Assembly (NCBI RefSeq): GCF_000142905.1
Contig: NW_013657664.1
Span: forward strand, 1 to 64,000
Direction: 5' to 3'
DNA from: Thecamonas trahens ATCC 50062
Lineage: Eukaryota; Protista; Apusomonadida
DNA: 64,000 nucleotides
The notes under the pieces: generated by a model
The model's database searches: none
Seen by the model: the letters and a program-made list of their open reading frames with translations, nothing else
What the model was told of the DNA's origin: nothing
In this document: positions 32,475 to 42,534 of the stretch, one piece after another
How the letters are laid out: every line of letters begins with the position of its first letter
Position numbering within the stretch: the stretch's first letter is position 1
Program-made: the position numbers and the translations under genes

Positions 32475-33228
32475 CTGTGTGTGGTGAGGAGAGGGGGGAG
32501 GAAGAGGGGGGAGGTGAAGTGGTGGCGGTGTGGGGGGGGGGGGGGGGGGGGGGTGATCACGACCTATGCCTGGCTTGATCAGGGCAGCAACGAGAAAAGG
32601 GCGCGAAGATTGGATGAGAATTTGGCGCCAAAAGCATGGTGAGATGATTGGCAGGTTGGAGTTTGAGGGATGATCGGGTGCAGCGGGGAGTACCTCTCGT
32701 GGCACATGTACGTTTGGAGGGTGCGGGTGTGAGGGGAAAGGGAGGCGAGAGGGATAGAGGGGGATAGAGGGGGGGGGAGGGGAGGGGAGGGAGGGGGGAA
32801 TTAGGGATGATGAAAGGGAGAGAGAGAGAGGGAGGGGGAGGGGGGGGGGGTAGTGGTGTGGTGGGGGTGGATAGTGGTGGCGGTGGGCGGTGGCGGTGGA
32901 GCGAGTGGAAGACGGTACGGGCCAGGTCGGGAGACCACTGCGGTGGAGCACCAGTGCGGTTGAACACCATTGCGGTCGATCTCCACTACGGTCGATCTCC
33001 ATCCTCTCCAATCATATGTGCATGCACTCCTTCTGTGTGTGTGTGAGGCTGGTGTATGCGGTGGGGTTGGCGGGGGAAATGTGCCGCACGGAAGAGAAGG
33101 ACTCGATAGCTTCGACGATGTTCGACGCGGCTTCGATGGCCGACTCACGTAAGAAGGACGATGATTGGGTGGATGATGCCGATGCGGGCGGACTTGACAG
33201 CTTGGAGCAAGGAGTGTGTTGACAGCAC

Positions 33229-35276
33229 ATGGCATCGGATTTCACAGAAAGGGCGTTGATGGAGAAGAGCAGCAAGAGTAAGCAGCTCGGCCCGGGTGGG
33301 GCAGCGAGCAAGAGGACGAACCCGGCTCGACGGCATGAGATCTCGCGTGGCTCGACGGATGGCCAGTTTCTATGCGGGTGTGCGGCGGCGCCGTGCTTGT
33401 GCGCGCGGATTGTGCGGGCGCTGGCCGACGGCGAGGAGGCGGCCGACGGGCGGAGCGTGAATCCGAGCGAGGGGTTCTTCTCGGAGAGCGAGACGGCGAC
33501 GGCGCTGGCGCCCGAGGTCGACTTTGGACCTGTCGAGTACAAGTGGAAGCTTGCGACGCCGTCTGCGTCGCGGCTGCGGCATCTTGTGACGCAGCTCAAG
33601 TTCCGGCTGTCGGAGGGCGGCGGCGAGGCGATCTACGAGGTCGGGGTCACCGACGATGGCTCGCCTGTGGGACTCTCAGACGAGGAGCTGGCCGAGACGC
33701 TGGCGACGCTGGAAGCAATGGCAGCCGAACTGCAGGCGGACATGACCGTCCTTCGCACCCGGCAGGGCACGCACGGCAAGGTTGGCGAGGTCCTCATCCG
33801 CAAGCTGGCAAACGAGGAGTTTGTCGAGGTTCGCGTGGCAACCATGGGCAACGTGGACGCGGGCAAGTCGACGCTTGTGGGCGTGCTCACGGCCGGCCAG
33901 CTAGACAACGGGCGCGGGCTTGCACGGATGAACGTGCTGCGCCATCCGCACGAGCTAGAGAGCGGGCGGACGTCTGCGGTCTCGCACCAGCTGCTCGGTT
34001 TTGACTCGAAGGGTGGCATCGTCAACTACCCGGAGGGCGGGGCGTTCGGTCGGGCACGCTCTCTTCGCACGATCTGGCGTCGTGGCCGGAGATCTGCGCC
34101 AACGCGACCAAGGTTGTGGCCTTTGCCGACCTTGCCGGCCACGAGCGGTATTTGCGGACGACGCTCACGGGGCTCACCCGGAGCCACCCGGACTTTGTCA
34201 TGCTTGCGGTCGGCGCGAACGCGGGGCTGAGCGGCATGGCTGTGGAGCATCTCGATGTGACTCTTGCGCTCTCAGTCCCGACCTTTGTGGTGGTGACCAA
34301 GGTCGACATGGCGCCGAAGCGGGTGCGCAAGGCGACACTCAAGGCCATCGCCAAGCACGTCCGTGCGCCAGGTGTCTCCAAGATGCCAGTCATGGTGCGG
34401 AGCGAGGAGGAGGCTATGGTCGCTGCGCGCAACATCCTCTCGTCGCGGATCACCCCCATCTTTGAGGTCTCGTCGGTCAGCGGTGCCGGCCTCGCCACGC
34501 TCAAGACCTTCCTCAACCTCCTTCCGCTCAAGACAGACTGGGCGGCCGTCCAGAGCGCTCCGCCCGAGTTCGCCATCGAGGAGACGTTTGTTGTTGCCGG
34601 CGTCGGGACGGTGGTGTCGGGCGTGGTCCGCGCCGGCACCATCGTCGCCGGCGACTCGCTGCTGCTCGGCCCAGACTCGACGGGCGGCTTCACGCCCGTG
34701 ATCGTCAAGTCGATTCAGGTGGCGCGGAGCTCGGCCAAGGCTGTGGCGGCCGGGCAGACGGCGTCACTCGCTCTCAAGCGGGTCAAGCGCCAGGCGGTGG
34801 GCAAGGGCATGATGCTGCTCGACGCCGGCCTCGCGCCACAGGCTCACTACGAGTTTGAGGCCCACATCCGCGCGTTCTCAACCCGGTTCCCCATCCGGGT
34901 TGGCCACGAAGCGGTCATCCACACTGGCACCACACGGGCGACGGCGCGGGTCGAGTCGATCTTCCCCGCTGCCGGCGAGTCGGTCACGCCACAAGCCGGC
35001 GAGGTCGAAGTCGCGTTCCCTGTCGCGTGCGCCGACGGTGTGCATGAGGCCGCAGGCGCCGCAAGTGCTGCGGCAAGTGCGCCTGGCTCGGTCTCGGTCT
35101 CGACCACCACTGAGTCTGTCGTCCGCTTCCGATTCCTCTACCAGCCGCACTACCTCCGCATTGGCGAGCGGGTCGTCTTTCGCGAGGGCTGCGTCAAGGG
35201 CGTCGGCAATATCACAGGCGTTGGCGGCCCGCCGGAGCTCGTCCTCCGCATCGCACCATCCAAAAAGAAGCAGTAG
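33229..35276 (+). CDS. GTPBP2: Translational GTPase GTPBP2/GTPBP1; one-base frameshift near 34039-34049; 5' structure uncertain
   Basis: PEVDFGPVEYKWKL, HLVTQLKFRLSEGGGEAIYEVGV, GNVDAGKSTL, RHPHELESGRTS, DLAGHERYLRTT, VVTKVD, VVFREG. Confidence 0.88.
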
Positions 35277-35403
35277 CAATTGCAATAATAATGGTGAAGC
35301 TGGCGCGGACTCGGGAGGCCGGCTGCAGCGCGCCGGCTGCGGGCGGCCGGCCGGCAGCAGCGCAACGACGAGCGCTCGCACTCGACTTGGTGACCGACCA
35401 GCC

Positions 35404-35945
35404 ATGGCCCACGAGAGCATTTATCCGTTTGCCATTCTGACTGGTGGTGTGGCCATGATGGGTCTTCTGCAGTACGGCGTTGGTCGCCTGCTCAAGCCTG
35501 ATGAGGTACGTCACAACGGGAAGGGAGGGGTGGGTGGCAATGGCTGTGGGCGGTGTCAGCTGCGGGGCGGAGTTGCGACAGAGGCGATTTTTGGTGGCTC
35601 CCGTCACGGTACCAATACCTCTGCCCTGTACGTAATATCCATGTCATGGGTACCGTATCTTGAGTAGAGGGTGTAGAATGTTGTAGCATACTCTGTGCCG
35701 AGTTGTGGCCAGGTGTTTGCTTGCTACCGTGTGGTAGACCTCGCTGCGGGTGGGTGGTCACACGGCCTGGGCGTGATGGCGGTCGGGGGGAAGGGGTGGT
35801 GGGAGGGTGGGAGGGGGAGGGGGAGGGGGAGGGGGGAGGGGGGAGGGGGAGGGGGGGAGGGGGAGGGGGGGAAAGAAGGGGTGAACTCATTGGTTGTCGG
35901 CGTATGCTTGGCTGTGCGTGTGCGGTGGTGCTGCTGCTGCTGCGG

Positions 35946-36006
<61 letters not shown>

Positions 36007-36263
36007 CTACTCAACTGCTGCTGCTGCTGGTGCTGCTGGCTACGCAACTGCTGCTACTGTCGGTGCTGCCGGCTGCTGGGACGGGACTGTTGTGGGGTGG
36101 GGGCTTGCGGCTACAGCATCGCCGCATCAAGCAGGATCCGTGGGACTTTCTGATGCGTGAGCGCGACCGGCGGATTCGGTCCAACGAGTTTGCGGCCTGG
36201 GCGGGTGAAACCCCGCCGGCGGCTCCCACACCAGGCGAGGATGCTGCTCATGCAGCAGAGTAA
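35404..36263 (+). CDS. NDUFA1: Complex I subunit NDUFA1 (MWFE); exons 35404-35505 and 36117-36263
   Basis: Spliced protein MAHESIYPFAILTGGVAMMGLLQYGVGRLLKPDE|HRRIKQDPWDFLMRERDRRI carries the W..M.ERDRRI signature; phase-0 GTACGT..CTACAG intron. Confidence 0.85.
35929..36058 (+). repeat. Intronic (CTG)n microsatellite, preceded by a G-run tract at about 35785-35880
   Basis: About 19 uninterrupted CTG units plus degenerate flanks. Confidence 0.95.
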
Positions 36264-36904
36264 GCAGAGGCTGAGATCGGTCGACGGCCATGCGCATACG
36301 CTCGCGCTCCCGCTTGCGATTGCTCTGCAATCCGACCTCGCAGGCAGAGGCCTTGAGCTAGCCCGCGTTCCGTCATCACATTGTCGTCGTTGCCTTTCCA
36401 CTTCCATTTCTCTCCCCCTCTCTCCTGCCAGCAGCACTGCATTGCTGCTTGCATGAAATGGGTAGAGTGTGGAGGCGGTGACTGCGCTGGTGGTGATCAC
36501 GGCGGCGCCGTGTGTACGTGCAAGCTGGACACCGATCTCGCCCTCACAACACATAAAACAACCATATCCACACAAACAACACCTCACCACCCATTCACCC
36601 ATCGAAGCAACAACAGCTCGTGTCGCCGAGCAGCGGCATTGGGTCCAAGCTTGCGTGCTATGAGTGTAGAAGGGAGGATCGGGAGGATGACTGCGAAAAT
36701 TAAAGATCACCAACCATGATCAAGGAAACTAAAGCAGACTCTGCAGCATCTTGGGTTGGGTTGTCTCGCCCAAGCTGATGCTCATTGTTGCAGTTGGGGT
36801 GCTCATACTCGTTGTTGAAGTCAAGGAGCTCATCACCCACCACCATTCGCGCCACTCGCCGCTCGCCACTCGGCACTCGGCCGCAATTCGCCCATTTGGC
36901 GCCA

Positions 36905-38996
36905 ATGGACAAGTCGGCAGGCGACCGCGCCACACACCACTCTGCGGGAACAGGTGGCGGACAGAGCAGGTGCAAGAAGGACACAGAGGGCGGTGGGAGA
37001 AGCATGAAGAAGACACTTGCACAATTGCGTCGGCTGACCCGGGATGCCCTCAACAAGCAACTCTACGAGTCGGCCATGTTCTACGCCGACAAGGCCGTCT
37101 CACTCCAGACTGCCGCTGCCGGAGGCGATCGAACCGATGCCGTGTCGGGTGCTGGCGCTGGCGCTGGCACTGGCGCTGGCGCGAGTACGGGGATGGTGAC
37201 GGTCGCAGGGACGGCCGCTGGAGTCGAGATGGGCTTGGCGAGCACATCGACGACTGGCTCGGGTCGGGTGGTGGCCTCGGGCTTGGCGTGTCATAGTGCG
37301 GAGGGATCGGCGCTGACGCCGGGACTTGCCGACGACGTCTTTGCCCTCGCCACCGCCTTTCATGCTACTCATCAATATCAGCGTGCTGTCCATACCCTTA
37401 CTCGCCATGGCATGCTTGATCGCTCGCTGGAGGCCCGGTTGCTGGCCGCTCGCTGTCTGGTATGTGTCTAGTCTGGTGTGTGGTGTGTCGAGAGAAGAGT
37501 GGAAGCACTCACCGCAGCCACACTCACATCCATCGCTGGTCGGCGGTGAGGAGGGGGAGGGGGTAGTTTGGGTCGGGAAAGCTGGAGGAAGCGCTGGAGA
37601 TGGTGGGTGACGACATGTCCGAGATGGAGCAAAAGGTGCTGGCGGAGAGAAAGATGATGGACTTTGACGAGGACGAGGACGAGGACGAGGCGGGAGCCGA
37701 GGCGGAGCAGGTAAGTGTGCTGGAGGCCGGGCCGTCGACGGTGGCAGCGGTGTGCGTGCTGCGGGCACGGGTGTACGAGGAGATGGAGAACCGCGACCGT
37801 GCGGCGACGTGGTACCTCAACGCACTCGACGCCGACTATCACTGCGTTGAGGCGTTCGAGGTCATTGTGCAGCGGCAGCTGCTGTCGCTGGCTGAGGAGG
37901 CGGCGCTGGTGGCATCGCTGCCGTTCCGCGACAACGAGGCCTGGCTCGAGGTGCTCTACAAGGCCAAGCTCAACAACAAGTACGGGTCGTCGCTCGCAGA
38001 TCTCAACGCCGCGGTGCAGGCTCTCGGCGAGACCGCAGGTGTGCGGCTGGAGAGCAACACAGACATTGTGGTGGCGCGAGCGCGGGCGGCGTACGACGCG
38101 CACGCGCTGGACGACGCGCTCAGGCTCGCCCGCCAGGTCCTCGCCGAAGACCCGTACCACGCCGCCGCCCTCCCGCTCTTCATCGCCACGCTCGTCGAGC
38201 TCAAGGCGACTCAGGAGCTCTTTCGCAAGGCACACGCCCTCGCCGAGCAGTATCCCGACTCGGCGTTGGCGTGGTACGCCGTCGGCTGCTACTACTACAC
38301 GGTGGAGGACCATGGAAAGGCACGGCAGTTCTTCTCGCGGGCGACGGCGCTCGACGGTAACTTTGGTGCGGCGTGGCTCGGCTTTGGCCACTCGTTTGCG
38401 GTCGAGTCGGAGCACGACCAGGCTATGGCGGCGTACCGGACGGCGGCGCGGCTGTGCAAGGGCTCGCACTTGCCCAATCTGTTTGTGGGGATGGAGTACG
38501 TGGCCATCGGCAACGTGCACCTGGCAGAGCAGTTTGTCCGCGCTGCGCACGAGTCGTGCGCCGCCGCCGACCCGCTTGTCCTCAACGAGCTCGGCGTCAT
38601 TGCCGCCACCCAGGGCTCGCTCACCCGAGCCCGTGGCTACTTTGAGCGGTCGCTGCTTGTTGGCGGCGCCGCCCTCGAGCCGGTCCTCTTCAACCTCGCC
38701 GGCGTCTGCCGCAAGCTCAGTGACTACACTGCCGCGGTCGAGTACTACTCGCAGTCGCTCGCCCTCCGTCCGCGCGAGTCGTCGACCTACACCGCCCTCG
38801 GCTTTACCTACATGCTCCTCGGCGAGCTCGACGTCGCCATCGAGTACTTTCACAAGTCACTCGGTGTCCGCCCCGACGACACCCTCACGGTCGGCCTCCT
38901 GCAGACTGCACTCGCCGACGTCTTTACCCTCTGCCGGCGGTCGACGCGCCGGCAGACCACCTAACCTCGGCACATCTGGTCGCGCCGCTGCTGTAA
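36905..38996 (+). CDS. CDC16: APC/C subunit 6 (Cdc16), TPR protein; intron 37460-37566; stop at 38964 as assembled, or 38996 if one C is missing at 38927-38929
   Basis: YESAMFYADK, ALDADYHCVEAF, YPDSALAWYAVGCYY, AWLGFGHSFAVESEHDQAMAAYRTAARL, DPLVLNELGV, AIEYFHKSL. Confidence 0.93.
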
Positions 38997-39011
38997 TAGT
39001 GCCATGGCCGC

Positions 39012-40391
39012 CTACGCGCTCGCGCCGTACGGCAGGTCCCACTCACGAGCGAGCACAACAAGCTCGTCAAAGTACGCGCGGTAGTACGCCGACCGCCGCT
39101 TGGGCCAAACAAAGTAAAAGATTGTGAGCTTGACAAAGTCGAGGCCGAGCGAGACGAAGAACGAGGTCGAGAAGAGGGCGACAGCCGACCAGAAAGAGTC
39201 GCCGCCGCCCGATTTGGCCTGCGCGTGGAAGAGGATGGCGAGGACAACAATGATGATGACGCAGGCGGCAATGATGATGTACCCGAGAAACTTGACCACA
39301 AAGGCCACGCAGCAGCCGCGGCCCTTTTTCGTCACAAACGACACAATGCGCTTGACCGTCGAGGTGATGAAGAAGACCGCAAGCGCAACCAGGCAGTAGA
39401 CAAGAATCCGCCCGGCGAGCGAGGTCGACTCGGTATCGTCTGACGCCATCGAGTTGGAGAGGTGCTGGAACTCAGTCTGCGTCGGATCATTGGCGTTTCC
39501 GTTCTTGGTGCACTTGGAGATGGAAGTCGGCGAGACGCAGAGGAGCCACGAGGCCTTGTCCGGGTCGTCGAGACTATCGCACCGCGGCCGGTTGTCGTCG
39601 CCAACCGAGTTGCCGTTGTAGCAGTACGGCACGCAGACAGGCGGGTCCAACTCGCCCGATCCGCACCAAGTAAAGGCCATCGGATCCGCCACAGACGGCG
39701 CCGTCGCCGACGAGTGCGGCGGATAGCCAAAGAGCTCGTACGAGTGATCGCTCGAGTACTGCGCGTCCCACGGGGTCGGGAGGCACGCATCGGCGTGGCT
39801 TCCCGCCAGCGAGTGGTCGCGGCGACAATTCGCAAGGCAGTACGCCGCTGCAGAGCACGAGACCAGGTCGCGGGTCATCATCTGATACACCATGGCTCCG
39901 GCAAAGGCGGCGAGAAAGACAAAGGCGAGCATGAAGATCCGTCCCTTCCGTGACAGCACTCGAGCCTGGGTCGAGTACAGCGGCTCCGGGAAGAGGACAG
40001 CAAGCGCAAGGTGCTCGCGGAGAAAGTAGTTCCACAACCGCGGCGGCAAGATCTTGGCCTCGGCCGCCGCAAGCACCAGCTGCGGATTGACTACCGTCCC
40101 CTCGTCGTCCACGTAGCGCTTCCTCAGCCTCCTCGGCGGGATCTTGTGCATCTCTCCACTCTGTCGCCCTTCCCTCCTCTTCCTCCGACTCGATGCATTC
40201 ATCTTGGGCGCCGCCCGCACCGGTGCCATTCCTCCGCTATCCGCATATCCATCGCCATCATGGCTGCCATAGGCAGGTGGCAGTCCACTCGGAACGTCAC
40301 CCGAATCGTTATCGCCCGCGACAGAACCCGTCCGGCCACCCATCCTCCCACAGTCATCATCCTGCGGAGAGTACTCCGGTGCCACACGCAT
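39012..40391 (-). CDS. Uncharacterised multi-pass membrane protein with a Cys-rich extracytoplasmic loop
   Basis: 459-aa ORF with about 4 hydrophobic segments and about 10 Cys in the loop after TM1; 5' end may continue beyond the gap. Confidence 0.7.
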   Translation of the reverse strand: MRVAPEYSPQDDDCGRMGGRTGSVAGDNDSGDVPSGLPPAYGSHDGDGYADSGGMAPVRAAPKMNASSRRKRREGRQSGEMHKIPPRRLRKRYVDDEGTVVNPQLVLAAAEAKILPPRLWNYFLREHLALAVLFPEPLYSTQARVLSRKGRIFMLAFVFLAAFAGAMVYQMMTRDLVSCSAAAYCLANCRRDHSLAGSHADACLPTPWDAQYSSDHSYELFGYPPHSSATAPSVADPMAFTWCGSGELDPPVCVPYCYNGNSVGDDNRPRCDSLDDPDKASWLLCVSPTSISKCTKNGNANDPTQTEFQHLSNSMASDDTESTSLAGRILVYCLVALAVFFITSTVKRIVSFVTKKGRGCCVAFVVKFLGYIIIAACVIIIVVLAILFHAQAKSGGGDSFWSAVALFSTSFFVSLGLDFVKLTIFYFVWPKRRSAYYRAYFDELVVLAREWDLPYGASA

Positions 40392-40895
40392 CCTTATCCG
40401 CCAAGCGTTTGTCTGTTAAAGAGATACTATGTGTGTGTGTGTGTGGGTGGGGGGGTNNNNNNNNNNNNNNNNNNNNNNNNNNNNNNNNNNNNNNNNNNNN
40501 NNNNNNNNNNNNNNNNNNNNNNNNNNNNNNNNNNNNNNNNNNNNNNNNNNNNNNNNGGCAAACAGCACTCGTTTGTGTGGCAAAGAAGGGCCCCAAAAGG
40601 GGGGGGGGGGGGGGGGGGGGGGGGGTGAGGGCTGAGCGAGCGGTGGCCGTACTTGCCTTGCTCCCTGTTCCGTGCCAATGTCAATTGGTCTCGTTACAAA
40701 AATTGTTCTTCCTTTTTTGTTGCGTCGGCAGAGATAGAGTATGCGGCGACGTAAGGACGATTGCGGAGGGCTTGATCAAGACACCCGACATCCTGCATTC
40801 GACATCCAACTCAGCTGAGTGATGCGGGAGGAGGGGATGGAGGAAAGACTGCATGGTGTGTGTGTGTGTGTGTGTGAATCAGTTTAATGATGTAG

Positions 40896-41173
40896 ACTAG
40901 AGGGTCCACAACCAACCGAACGTCGGACGAAGCCCCCGACCGTAGGAAGGGACTGTCCGGGCCCGTCTGGCGCCAACTTACTCGTGAGCCTCGTCATACG
41001 CATGAAGCGCTTGGACTTGGGGCCTGGCCTTGGGTAGGGGTCAGGACGTGGATCGGACCGGCGTGAGCCGGGCCGATTAGAACAATTATGCCGCCCTGCA
41101 CGGGTGCAGGGGTTAGTTATCCAACCTTACGGTAGGGGGTCTCCGACCCGATAAGGTTGCATCGGATCTTGGG
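40896..41173 (+). ncRNA. Candidate structured ncRNA 'A' (about 280 nt), family unknown
   Basis: Hairpins CCTGGCCTT/GGGGTCAGG, GATCGG-CCGGC-GTGA-GCCGG-CCGATT (GNRA loop), CCCTGCA/TGCAGGG, AACCTTA/TAAGGTT; the ends can pair; G-U pairs favour the plus strand. Confidence 0.5.
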
Positions 41174-41396
41174 TGCAGGAGGAGGTCTTGTCCAGAAAGA
41201 GGGGGGAAGGGGGGAAGGGGGCGAAAAAAGGGGGTAAACTGGCGTGTTGGGGGGGTTAAGAGATGGGCGTTGGAGATGGCGTTGAAGATGGCGTTGACAA
41301 TGGACGAGACACAGCAGCGCTGTTGAGAGCTCCTGTGTTCCAGATCACGTGCTGGAGAGTTGTTGCATGGAGTTAAGCAGAGAAGCACCTACAGGA

Positions 41397-42400
41397 ACTG
41401 CAGGGTGCCACCTGCCGTGGGATTGTACGCCGGCCCTAAGTACCGCGAACCACTGATCTCACTACGGCGAGAAGACGGCCGCCACATAGGACATCCGTAA
41501 GTGGTGCGGCGTACAACTTGTTGGGTGCTCAACATCGACTGCAGGATACTCTAGTCACTTGGAATCCCTCACTGGGGCGCCGACGACCGATATTCCTTCA
41601 GATCCCACCCTCCAAGAGGCCGACCTCTGTCCTGGTTGCAGCTCAGGACCACCGAGCATCCGGCGGTCCACCAGGGAGAGGTTGGCAATATGGATGATAA
41701 TGCCGACAACATGTGACGACACTGGTTGCCGTCGGCGGACCGACGGCGGGATGGACACACATCCCATGGGGGGTTAGGAGGATCAGCGTGAGCAGGGCGC
41801 ATGCGCCCTCGCCCCGCTGATCCGTCCACACCTCGCAGCGCCGTTTAGGGACGGATCCCTGACCGCAACCAACGGGGGCGACAAACGGTAGGTGCACCTA
41901 CCGCCGGTCAACCCCCTTCGAATGAGACCGCACCCCCTTGCGGACTCCGGTCGCATGACGTTTGGCGGGTCATTTCTGACCACGAGGAAGGATGTGCAAG
42001 GGCGCCAGTCGGACTGCGTCCTGGCGCCCAGGGGGCCGGCTCCTCCCCTGGCCCCCCTTCCTGGTGGTACACGCTCCTCGGCCTGCTCAAGACACCGGGT
42101 GCACCCCCGGCCACGGGCAGAGCCCGTGACTGGTTGCTACCCTTCATCCGGTGCCCTGAGCGCGGATGAAGCCGAAGGTCGCGCGACCCCAAAAATTACA
42201 TTGTCCACGACTCCCGCACTGTCCAAGGACAGTACGGCCCCCTCATGTAGGGGGTCTCCCAGGGTGTGCACTGTGTCATCCACACCACAGCCCTGTTTGT
42301 CACCGGGACTCCCGACCGCGAGCCTGCGAGCGGGAGGGGTAATTCCGGAGAGAGGAGTAAAGACTGCATGGTTGGGTCGACACGCCGATTGGATCTTGGG
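41397..42400 (+). ncRNA. Candidate large structured ncRNA 'B' (about 1000 nt), family unknown
   Basis: More than 15 back-to-back hairpins, long-range closing stems, no credible ORF, and motifs shared with element A. Confidence 0.6.
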
Positions 42401-42534
42401 CCGGAGGCTCGTGCCATTTTACGATGATCACAAACTCGTAGAGCATAACAACAAACGCCAACTGACAACGCGATGCTGAGCCTCCACGCCACAACGATGC
42501 TAAACCTCCTCGTTCATGTTACTGTGATCAGCAG

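Noticed and set aside
35695-36160. Poly-Cys/Leu/Ala/Gln ORFs
   Set aside because: They are frames of the (CTG)n tract inside the NDUFA1 intron
41260-41298. AGATGGCGTTG x3 as a CRISPR-like array
   Set aside because: The units are 12-13 bp with no spacers, so this is a minisatellite; no cas genes are present
42189-42197. Sm-site-like AATTTTTGG plus hairpin on the minus strand, suggesting an snRNA
   Set aside because: No U1/U2/U4/U5/U11/U12 signatures were found, and G-U pairing favours the plus strand; kept only as a minor alternative
40890-42400. Group I/II intron, hammerhead, HDV ribozyme or rRNA interpretation
   Set aside because: Only isolated words such as AGACTA were seen; there is no complete P7, domain V or CUGANGA/GAAA core, and no interrupted host gene
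41892-42479. 195-aa ORF inside element B
   Set aside because: GTG start, Pro/Arg/Ser-rich, no motifs and no host codon bias
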